From NCBI GenBank assembly GCA_051362555.1, contig CM120645.1, forward strand, positions 8,928,001-8,992,000: DNA of 64,000 nucleotides. Direction: 5' to 3'. Made by a program: the position numbers and the translations under genes. Of the stretch, positions 24,001 to 33,823 are shown piece after piece. Origin of the DNA: Lingula anatina (lineage: Eukaryota; Animalia; Brachiopoda). Each line of letters begins with the position of its first letter. Position 1 is the first letter of the stretch. Below the pieces are notes generated by a model. It searched no databases. It saw only the letters and a list, made by a program, of their open reading frames with translations, and was not told where the DNA came from.

Positions 24001-24621
24001 AGCCTGTCTGCTCACACACGACAGGAGGAGCATTGCCAAGGTGTGTGTGTGTGTGTGTGTGTGTGTGTAACTGTGTGTGTGTGTGTGTGTGTGACACTCA
24101 CTGACTGCTAGGTGGTATAGTGGCCAGGAACCTCTTATAAATGACATTGCTCACATCAGTCTGATGAAGGCCTACATTCAGGTTGGCCGTAAGCTAACGG
24201 TGTGAAAGTTTTTTGGCTTGTGTTTGATAATTTTCATCTATGAAGACAAGATCTGTTGCAAAGTAACGAATGCATGAGCTTAATTAATTTTTTTTATTAT
24301 GTTTTAATTACTTTGCATTTTTTTGCAATTATATTTATTTATTTATTTATTTTTTGTGTGTGTGTGTGTGTGTGTTAGAGAGATGGAAAGGTCTGTTGCA
24401 TATGTGTGAGCGATATAATAATTAATATCAGTAATCAAGTCTTCCTCGTCCACCCCCAGGCCATGCAGGCAGTTAGTCACCTGTGGCACCGAGGCATTGT
24501 ACTGTGGATCAACATAGGCGGACTGGCTGCTGGGGTCTACATGCTGCACAGGAATGCTGATGATGGAAAGAAGGAGAGAAAAGAGGCGAGGGGAGGACAA
24601 AACAGTGCTGCAGGACAATGA
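15820..24621 (+). CDS. THUMPD3: THUMP domain-containing protein 3, tRNA (guanine-N2) methyltransferase
   Basis: Exons 15820-16005, 18175-18252, 20497-21212, 21723-21792, 22556-22671, 23055-23142, 23542-23555, 23917-24040, 24460-24621 (1554 nt, 517 aa). Motifs ATVTSGFE, RGRIF, KFRATCYRTG..HSFQSMEAA, QDYFGWNVDL, SLHKRNIVDFGPTTL, DPMCGGG (SAM motif I), WDVTNLPLR..VDVFITDLPFGKR, EMARVC, WINIGGL. Confidence 0.93.
17971..18061. repeat. (TA)n microsatellite
   Basis: About 45 TA units, directly visible. Confidence 0.97.
19054..19395 (+). mobile_element. MITE family B diverged copy
   Basis: ttaaaggtacata...gtggattcccagtaacacat..aaaccacttctacta...aagggataaact...aaaaaattgactt matches family B. Confidence 0.7.
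19746..20407. mobile_element. Non-autonomous DNA transposon with about 77-bp TIRs and 8-bp TSD (hAT- or P-like), in THUMPD3 intron 2
   Basis: caccctgagcttcagagataacttgccactaac...ctctgac (19746-19822) is the reverse complement of 20331-20407; TGGGAAAG duplicated at 19738-19745 and 20408-20415. Confidence 0.9.
21751..22000 (+). repeat. 42-bp tandem repeat (6 copies) duplicating the THUMPD3 exon 4 3' end and splice donor
   Basis: gt(a/t)tgtgatcct(a/t)tgtgtgggggtggctctatatctatagag at 21751, 21793, 21835, 21877, 21919, 21961 (last copy 40 bp). Confidence 0.95.
22231..22598 (+). repeat. 65-bp tandem repeat (about 5.7 copies) duplicating the THUMPD3 splice acceptor and exon 5 start
   Basis: ggtgctgtaaactggcccaatgcatatcatatatgtggtgacatctatattatcttgtccttcag at 22231, 22296, 22361, 22426, 22491; the partial copy at 22556 is the true exon start. 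Confidence 0.95.
24041..24093. repeat. (GT)n microsatellite starting at the THUMPD3 exon 8 donor
   Basis: AAG|gtgtgtgt... with one interruption (aact). Confidence 0.95.
24153..24205 (+). ncRNA. Degenerate minimal type I hammerhead ribozyme-like motif
   Basis: cacatcagt-CTGATGA-a-ggcctac attcag gttggcc-GTAA-gc-TA-acggtgtg: stem I and stem II can pair, but the core GAAA reads GTAA. Confidence 0.4.
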
Positions 24622-26175
24622 GCAGCAGAGGGAGGACAGCTTGGTTGGTTTATTAATAAAAGAACGAAGAGAAATAAAGTAGTGTAGAAGGTACATGTGA
24701 TGTACGTGCTAGTGACAGTATAAAGTGCTGTTTTTAAAACCATACTCAGTAAGTTAAACAATGGTTAGTCACAAGGGACATTTTTGAAGTTTTGAGATTT
24801 TTTAATCGTGGTATAGGATAGGTAGGTAGGCAGGTTGAGTTTTTAATCATGGTACAAGATGTAGCATTGCCCATGTACTTTGTAGTCTTTAGTTAGTGAA
24901 GTTCAAAATGAGCAACTTTAAAAAGTAATTGCTTTAACTACCTTCCAATGGTAAAATTTAAGGTATCTCCTATAGTACAAAGTACTCTAATATTTTAGGC
25001 TTTACCCAAAAGATAAGGATCATGTTCAGTATTTTAAGATGGGAGAATTATCATATTTTTCTTGATTAAGATCATATTAGGTATAACAGGTTGGTGGCCA
25101 TCAGGATCCACAAAGATCCCCTATTTCATTCATCTTCAAGATGTCTGGTTTTTAATTTTTTTTTTTCAATTTAAAATTTCCATTGATGATTTTTAAGTTA
25201 CATTTATAGGGTGTGTGTTTGGAAAGGCAAATTGTGTCATATATCAGCTGTAAACTGATGCGTGCTTAAGTTCCAGACAGATATTGCTGAAAATTATTAT
25301 TTTTCATTAATTTTGGGGACGTTCATGGCATACACACCATTAGACTGTTGTCCTCTACTTGATTTACCTACTTGTATATCAGTTTAGTACAGAACACTCG
25401 TGTGTTATAAAATTTTTAGTTTGCTGAAGTAATTTGTGGAGATTTATGGATACTGATTGAAAAGAATAGCTAGTTATAGCGACATTTTGCCATTGTATAA
25501 ATGGATAAAAATTCCCCACCCCTTTTTTTTAATTAAATTAAATCCCTTTAAAATATTTTTTTCTGAAAGGAAAGAGGGGTATTGAGCTATTATGACTGAA
25601 TTGTTTACACAGGTTTTTATTTAGTTCAGAAACAAAAGTTTCTTGCGCCCCAAAAAATTAAGTAAGCACTGTGAAAAAGATTATGCCATAATGAAACAGC
25701 AATGCCAAAAGAGAGAGAAATAAGTTATTTTTATAAAACTTGGTTTGATGTAGTTTATTTTAGATGTGTGAAAAATTAAGAATTGAAAAAAAAAAGAGTC
25801 ATTTATAACTAACTTAGTATTCAGTTATTAGCGTTGGCTGGGGTCTGATTATTTTATTATTATATTATTATTTTTTATTATTTTATTATTCAACTGAATT
25901 ATACCAAGATAGCATCAAAAGTTTCAAGACCATTGTCAGCAAATATTGTTGTCATTTGAATGATTGCATGTTTTTCAATTTCTCTGATTGGTAAAAAAAT
26001 CAATTACATCATTGATCAGGATATGTTTAGTGATGATGTCATTGGTCAATTATTGTTTTATCTGACCTCATTTTCCTCGTTATATGATCATATTCTATGT
26101 TGATTATTATAAATAACATATGTTGTACTTCATCCCTGAAGGTGGAGATAGAATGCTTAATGAGGTGGACCTTAA

Positions 26176-26513
26176 AGGGATAATAACTCTTCGTATGAGA
26201 TCTATATTTCACAATAAAAACATTGTGAATAACTCATAGAAATATAATATATTCTGTTTTACCACAAGAACAGCAGTTATAGCTATTTTTTCTGATATCT
26301 GAGCTTGTCTTTAGACCACGTGACCTCCATTGATGGCTATACTCTGTTAAAATCTCTTAAGAGATTTTAACAAAAAACCAAACTTTTTAGAAAAAAACCA
26401 GGGACTAACTTTGAATATAAAAATGGATTCATTAACCATTGGTAAGTATGGGAAAATTGTTGTTTACTCCAGGAAAATTCATTTTTTGGCAGAAACGAAG
26501 AGTTATTATCCCT
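26176..26513. mobile_element. TTAA-flanked MITE family A (Kolobok-like)
   Basis: ttaa|agggataataactcttcgt ... acgaagagttattatccct|ttaa; 19-bp TIR; homologous copies at 7844-8198 and 5588-5669. Confidence 0.85.
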
Positions 26514-27999
26514 TTAACTCTAAATTGGGAATATTTCAATGTATGTAGATAACCTGTGCTGCTTATGCCAAGTTTCAGTGTTTACTCAAAAACTCACAAC
26601 TTAGAGAAGGGCAGAATGTTATCTCACATCTTAACTCATTTAACCCAGTGTTCATTTTAATTTTTTAATCTTAAACTTTTATAGACAGGAAGATTTTTTG
26701 GGACATGTAATTAGTTAAAGAATGCCATTTTTTGTGATTAGTTCAAGGGATTTTTATTTATTTGTTTATTTATTTATTTAATTAATTAATTAATTTATTC
26801 TTTAGATTGGTAAGCCAGGTGAGTGGTTGAAAACCAGAATTAAAACAGCATTTTCTAATTTAAAGCGCAAGTGCTTGAGTTTCACTGTAGGATGGACAGA
26901 AGGAAAAACTTAACATTTCTCTTAATTATGCATATGAGCTATTTAAGTATGCTTGTGGGCGGGGGGGGGGGGGGGGGGGAGGGGGGTTAACTGATTTAGT
27001 TGAGAATTGTTTGATTCATCCAACATGTAGCTGTTAATGTCTGTATGTGCCTTATCTAGTCTTGTTATATTATGATACTCAATGATATCTGATACCTCAA
27101 CAAGTAGATTTACCCCAAGTTTTCTTTTAATTGCATGTTTTTAATTAAATTGTGTTGGAAGTTATCAATATTATTTTTAAATCAGGTCATTGTAGTGCAC
27201 AGACAGTATATTTGAAATTATGACACATCAAACATTCTATTTTAAAAAGAGATCAGTTTCTCTATAATAGGTCTTACTAGTAATAATATTTTCAAAAGTT
27301 GATTTAATCATTCGATTTGTTTTGTACCCAAATTCATTCAAAGAATTGTGTTTTGTCTTTTTGAAATTGATTGTCATATTTTATTTCGTGGTCGATAGCA
27401 TGTACTTAGTGCATGTAAAATGTTCATAGAAATAAATGCAACTTTCTTAATTGTTGCATGACATAACGTTTTGTGAGTTTGTTTCTCTTTCTTTGAAAAT
27501 GGATTGACGCTTAGGATTTGAAGAGGTTGTAGCGGCTGTGAATCTATGGGTCACCCAATAGCTTATATTTTGTAGAAAAAAAAAATAAAGGCGAATCCAG
27601 TTAAATAATACTTCTGTTTCAAGGATTGTAAATGATTCACTCCAGCGCGTGATTAAAAAGATTATCTGGCGCGTTCGATGTGTGTAAGTTTTATCGTACC
27701 AGCAGGATCGATCTATCTATTCGGAGATTCTCGTTAAAGTGCACCCCGTCTAATCAACTTGATTGGGCGTCCGCAGAAAATATTCCAGTGGGGGTCAAAG
27801 TCATTGAAGGGGGAGTTAATGATTGGCTGGGTACCCGCAATTAACGTGCCCGCCAAAATTCCAAGTGACCCCATAGACCCCCCCCCCCCCTGCGGACGCC
27901 CATGTCCACTGCAGTCCTGCCTACAAACGGCAAAGAAAAAAGGGAGATTTTATTACAAGGTCCTCAGGGGAACCGGAATAATGCGTCAACTGAATTTTC

Positions 28000-28306
28000 G
28001 GGGATTCCCCGTCGTCGCCTGCTGCTGGTTGATCCCCCACGACCAGGAAGAAACGCGTCTCAGATCAATTACAAGGTACGCTTATGCACTGCCTGTTCTC
28101 TGCAAAGAGAGTTGTTTACGCGATTTTCAACAGTAGGGCTATAGCTATATCGAGTTAGCAACGAAAATAACTACGAGGCACTTTATATTTGATGGCATTT
28201 GCTGGAAAGCTGTTGAATAGGCCCTATGATTATTTATCTTTAGTGTCCATGACCATTGGGGGTTCCCCTTCTTTCACCCGTCTTAATCTGAGTATTGGAA
28301 TTTCCA
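28000..28306. promoter_or_regulatory. Cluster of NF-kappaB/Rel-type sites upstream of the TIR-TPR gene
   Basis: GGGGATTCCCC (28000-28010), GGGGGTTCCCC (28258-28268), TGGAATTTCCA (28296-28306); a donor-like aag|gtacg near 28075 suggests a 5' UTR exon here. Confidence 0.55.
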
Positions 28307-28965
28307 TTACGTCCGGACGCCATTTTTCGCCTGGTTTCACCTTCTTTTTATCAGACTGGCAAGTGAGGTCAGCGCGTTTTGATATACAACAAATATATAA
28401 TGTATAATATATTGATATTTAGAATAACTAACATATGCATATATCGACAGGCTATTGTCATCCATCCACGTGGAAAATGTGTGATGAAATAGCTGCTTGT
28501 GTGTCACAGATTTACGTACCTCAGTATAGGCCTGCTTAGCCAAATGGGTACATGCGGTGAATTACCCGAATTTGTTGATTTGGTTTATTTGTTTGTACCT
28601 GTCCCTCAGTTTTAAACTAAAGTTGCTTTTTATTTGTTCAGCCACGAGTAGGCTGAACATATTGTCCTATAGTCATGAACTTTGGAAAGGTAGACTGTAA
28701 GTGAGACTGTCTAAATCTTGATCAAGCGAGGTTTATCATGGGTGCGTGTGTGTCCAGGGTACTGTGTCATTTTCAATCCATTCAAGTTATCATCGTACAT
28801 GTAATGCATTTTGAAATAATGAATTTTATACATCATTACTTGTGTGTGTGCGTGTGTTTACGTCTAACTCAAGGATTCGGGATTTAGGGAAAGACACATT
28901 TTACACTTATATGCCGTATTTATAAGATGTAGTGTGCAAAATAACTCTCGTCGATTTGTTACAGA

Positions 28966-31900
28966 ATGGAGCTCTTCGCCATAACCTCGAGTACGGGCAA
29001 TCTCTCTCTCAGAGAGATGGACTTCTCTTCATCTAATGGCGACACATCAACTAATGTTGTCAATAATACTGACAGATCTTTGACGGAATTCAATACGACG
29101 GAATCTAAGTGAGTAAACTAATGAAGGGGGAAATGTAAATGAAACTGCGAATATCTTGTCATGCTGCTTAATTCAGTCCATAAGTTTTAATCTATAAGAA
29201 GATTTGGGTAAATTTAATATCTTTTATGTGATTGATCATGAATGGCGGTTGTTCTGCCTCTTTTTTTTTTCAATACGCACATTAAAGAAAATAGGTACAT
29301 GAATAACTGATGTAAATGTTTTTCATTTTTCTGTTTACCCTAATTTTCTTGTCGTGGTTTTGAAATTGTATGTATAGACAAATATTAGAAAAATCTACAA
29401 AAAAGTAAAAGCTAACAAAATCAATTCTTCAGTTATTGAAAAATCGATTGTAATAATATAATCGTTATAATAACTATTATAATTATTATTATTTATTTTT
29501 AAAAATCTTTGAATTATTTTTTATTTCACAACATTTTAATCTTATTACCAGTTCATTTTATTCCTTTTTATTCTTAAATATATTCCATCTTATTGTCATT
29601 TTTTTCTGCTAAAGCGTATTGCGGGCATCAAATTCAAAAAGTTATGTTGCTTTTTACAGGGGTGTACTTTATCAAAACAAATACCATGCGTTCTTGGTAC
29701 ATAGTAAGGTTGATGCTGAGTTTGTGGAAAGTGTCATGGACACATTGGAGAAAAGGGGCGTCAGCTGCTGCTACTCAAAGAAGGATTTCCGAGCAGGTAC
29801 TACAACAGTGACTTGCATTGACGAAGCTCTTGAAAAGTGCACATACGTTATCTGTTTTCTTTCAAAAGACTTTCTTACTAGTCCTTGGTGCAAGCATGAA
29901 AGAGATATGGCGCTGCATAAGGCTGCCGAGACGAGTGAAGACATCATCGTTCCTATCTTGATGGACGCCTCCTTGGAAGATTTACCCAGAAATATGCGGC
30001 GCTTGACTCATATTAGATACAATGAATTTGATTTTGAGAAGAAACTGTTCTTGTCACTAGGAGGTGAGTATCGCAAATAAAATGAAAATAGAAAGTACAT
30101 TAGAACACTGATGTATTATTTTACACAAGCTATCGATGCCAAATGGATTCACTATGACTAGCGGATCCCAAATTCTTCGAAAATAAAAAAAGTTTTGTAT
30201 TCTTAATTCACTCTGCCATATGAATTAGTAGAAAAGGCCAATATCACTAAAGTTGTTATATTTTCTTTCGCTTGCTATCCTTTTTGGAGGAGGGTACCTG
30301 CCGACGGGGAAAGGGGGGGGGGGGTTGACCTAGCTGGATAAGGGGATAAGACCCACAGTGGCCATTCCCAGATATGGCAATGCTATTTCTAAAGCGGGTT
30401 TAAGTTCTTGTGAAATGAGCAGGTACATGTACCTATACGTAATTAATACGCAGCCCATAGCCAGCAATTTCAAAAGGGGGGTTCTTTTTCTGAAAAAGTG
30501 GACTTTTTACCATAAAACCTTCATGTACCTAGATAAAATTTTACCCAGAGGGGACCTTTTCCCGCCAAAAAGGGGGGTTCATTCGAACCCCCGAAACCCC
30601 GGCTACGGGCCTGATACGTTAAATTTTCAAATTTATTTTTTCATCTTTTCAGTTCCGGAAGGAAACTCCCGTCCAACATACAGTGATCTAGAGACTGCGA
30701 ACGCAGAATTGAAGACAAAGTTGGAAGATGCTCAAGAAGTAATCAGAATGAAAGACGAGGCCTTGGTTCAGCAGGAAATGCACATCAAGCAATGCGAAGC
30801 GAAGTTGAACCAGTATGAAGCGGGTATATCCTTAATTCTTCGAAAGTAAAAAAGTTTTGTATTCTTAATTCACTCTGCAATATGAAGTAGAAAAAAAGGC
30901 CAATATCACTAAAGTTGTTATATTTTCTTTCGCTTGCTATCCTTTTTGGAGGAGGGTACCTGCCGACGGGGAAAGGGGGGGTGACCTAGCTGGAGAGAGG
31001 GGATAAGACTCACAGTGGCCATTCCCAGATATGTCAATGCTATTTCTAAAGCGGGTTTAAGTTCTTGTGAAATGAGCAGGTACATGTACGTATACGTAAT
31101 AAATACGTTAAATTTTCAAAATTATTTTTTCATCTTTTCAGTTCCGGAAGGAAACTCCCGTCCAACATACAGTGATCTAGAGAATGCGAACGCAGAATTG
31201 AAGACAAAGTTGGAAGATGCGCAAGAAGTAAGCAGAATGAAAGACGAGGCCTTGGTTCAGCAGGAAATGCACATCAAGCAATGCGAAGCGAAGTTGAACC
31301 AGTATGAAGCGGGTACGGCGGACTTGGAGCGACAGTGCCACGATCTTCAGCAGAGGCTTGATAAGAAAGATACCGAACTAAAAGAAATGAAAATCAAACT
31401 GAATGAGAAGAGAAATGAGCAGGATAAAAAGAAATATTTGGCTCCATCAACAACCGATAAAACTTTACCAATTTGGCATGGTGACGGCATGGATGAAACA
31501 GTGGTGAAAGAGTTCCGGCACTTACTTACTTTGGGAAAAGACTACGAAAAAGAGTCAAGGTGGCAAGACGTCATCGATACTTTGAAAAGTGCAGAGCGTA
31601 TTTTGAAGGAGAGCACAAACAGCAGGATCCCAGAAAATATGATCTTTGTAACGTTTAGACTACTGTGGAGAGCTTACAGAAAAGTTGGAGACTACCAAGC
31701 GTCCATCAACTACTGTAATAAAACTTTAACTTACCAGCAAATGGTGTTTGGTCCGGACTGTGTGAATGAAAACGTAGCACAGTGCTATTACAGTTGCGGC
31801 CTCGCATACGAAATGTGGGGAAAGCTTAATGATGCAATAGAGTTGCACAGTACATCTGTCACGTATTACAGAATTCTGTGTGCAAGACTCGACTGTGGTA

Positions 31901-32094
31901 ATGTTACCAGGGATAACTTGTCTCGTTCACTGCGACTTTTAGGGCGCACATACATGAAGAAAGGTGACATGGAAGCTGCCAGCAAATATTTAAACTATGC
32001 AATGGACGAAGAGGTCAAGTTACATGGCCAGGACGAAACACACCCACACATCAAGGCAACTAGATCTCTTTTGGCCCAAACCAAACGCATATAG
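28966..32094 (+). CDS. TIR domain - coiled coil - TPR repeat protein (no TM, no LRR)
   Basis: Exons 28966-29108, 29660-30063, optional 30653-30823, 31142-32094; phases are compatible (499 aa, or 556 aa with the optional exon). TIR: YHAFLVHS...DFRAG...ICFLSKDFLTSPWCKHE...IVPIL; heptad coiled coil; TPR-like repeats (RAYRKVGDYQASINY, VAQCYYSCGLAYEMWG, LGRTYMKKGDMEAA, HPHIK). Confidence 0.88.
30165..31315 (+). repeat. Direct tandem duplication of intron plus 5' part of the last exon of the TIR-TPR gene
   Basis: 30165-30826 and 30828-31315 are near identical (atcc..aattcttcgaaa...cagtatgaagcgggta) apart from a 163-bp insertion in copy 1. Confidence 0.93.
30451..30613. mobile_element. Short non-autonomous DNA element (MITE) with 5-bp TSD ATACG
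   Basis: Ends CAGCCCATAGCC...GGCTACGGGCCTG are inverted repeats; atacg on both sides (30446-30450, 30614-30618); empty site in the duplicate at about 31103; related inverted copy at 57968-58144. Confidence 0.85.
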
Positions 32095-33823
32095 CCTAAT
32101 ATCTGGGCAAAATGACACTTAGATGTGTGTTTATCAACGTTTTACTTTGTAAACACATCTTGTGCTGAATACAAAATAACACAGATATTTAATTTTTATT
32201 TGCATGAGGCATTGATGACGTGCATGATCAGACAGGGTCTCGAGTTCAAAGTGGAAATATTTCTAAGAAAAAGGTCGTTGACAGTAGGTGTATTTTAGCT
32301 ATATAGACAACGAGTGTCTTTAATTTTATAAGATTAATCCTAATCTGTGAACAATTTAATATACGACCAAAACGCTCTGTATTGACATATGCTTCTTGAC
32401 GTTGTATTTGTCAAAACAATGAGCTCATTGGTCAAAAATTTTGTACATATTGTTACTTTGTAAAGTGAACTCATTCTGTTGAACCACTTTGGAAGAAGTG
32501 TTTTATATGCATTGCACTCAGAAAATGAACGTAGTAAGAGACATGAACGGATATGGGATATAAAAGTATAAGAATAACACACGACGCCATACCTGAACAG
32601 TGAAATGCCCTTGTCTAACACCACTTAATTTTTCAGGGATGGTGTGTGTTATCCTTATACTGTAACATATTTTATGCGTTGCAAAATTTTTAAAAAATGT
32701 ACTTGTTGAATATCTACTGTTGATTGAAAAGCGGGTTAAATAGTCGGAAAAGAATGGACTAGCTAAGACAGGAAGCGAAATGCAACTTCTGCAATATTTC
32801 ATATTATAATTATACAACTTTTGAAAAATGAAAATGTAAGATATTAGATTATCTGCCTGTATAATACTGCAAACAAAACTACGTGTTTATACCAAAAAGA
32901 AGGGAATTCTGTTCCTAAATGAATTAAGTAGAAGTAGAAGGCATAAGATATAGACGTGACTTTTTTGTTTGGAATAATTAAGGAAATATTCTATTATTCG
33001 ATTATGTCTTTATGAATTATCTTTCAGAAAAAAAAACATTATTTCGTTTGTGAATGAAAATGGTGATACTTTTATTATTACATTAGTAATTGGCAGAATT
33101 TTGAAAGGCTATAGAGGTAGATGTGCACAATTAATAAGCAACTTCAATCCAATGAGTTGAACGATATATGCTAGTACGTGAACTGTTATTGTGGGTGTTT
33201 AATTGTTTAGATTGTGTATGTAACATGTATTTTTAGTGTGATCTTAGTGTTAATCTTGATGTGTATCGTTTATAGCGTGTTGGTTGTAACTTTTGTGATA
33301 AGACTGATGTAACTTATACGGTGAGACTTAATTGGCAATTTGTGAGATCATGTTTTGTATTTTATTTAAAAAAATTATTTCCAATCAAAATGCGTGGTTT
33401 TGTAAAAACAGTCTTTCATTTACAAATCGCATTTTATGAACCGCAAAATTGTTTTATTATCAAACCCCCTTGCCTCTAAAGCTACCTTAAAATTTCTTCG
33501 ATGTGAAATATTGCTTTTCAATACAAAGATGTTAAATTATTGGCTACGTTTGCTACTTGATCATTTTCCGTTCAATGTTTGCGCATGCGTTTTAATGATT
33601 CGGCCCTTCTGTTCAGAGAGACAACCGATTGCAGAGGAAATGAGGGAACTGTCGAAGCAAGGCTGGTTTTCCTCGAATGTTGAAAATTGCGTTTTGTGGA
33701 CTTCAGCATGAATCTATATACATGTACCTGTATAGTCAATCTGAAATGCACATTACCTGCAATATACACGTACGTGTTACAAAACATATATATATTAATG
33801 ACTTTCCCAGCAACTAAATTTTT

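Noticed and set aside
30358-30652. N-terminal parts of ORFs 30358-30849 and 31015-32094 (MAIPRY...)
   Set aside because: Intronic sequence upstream of the ttttcag acceptors; the similarity is due to the tandem duplication.
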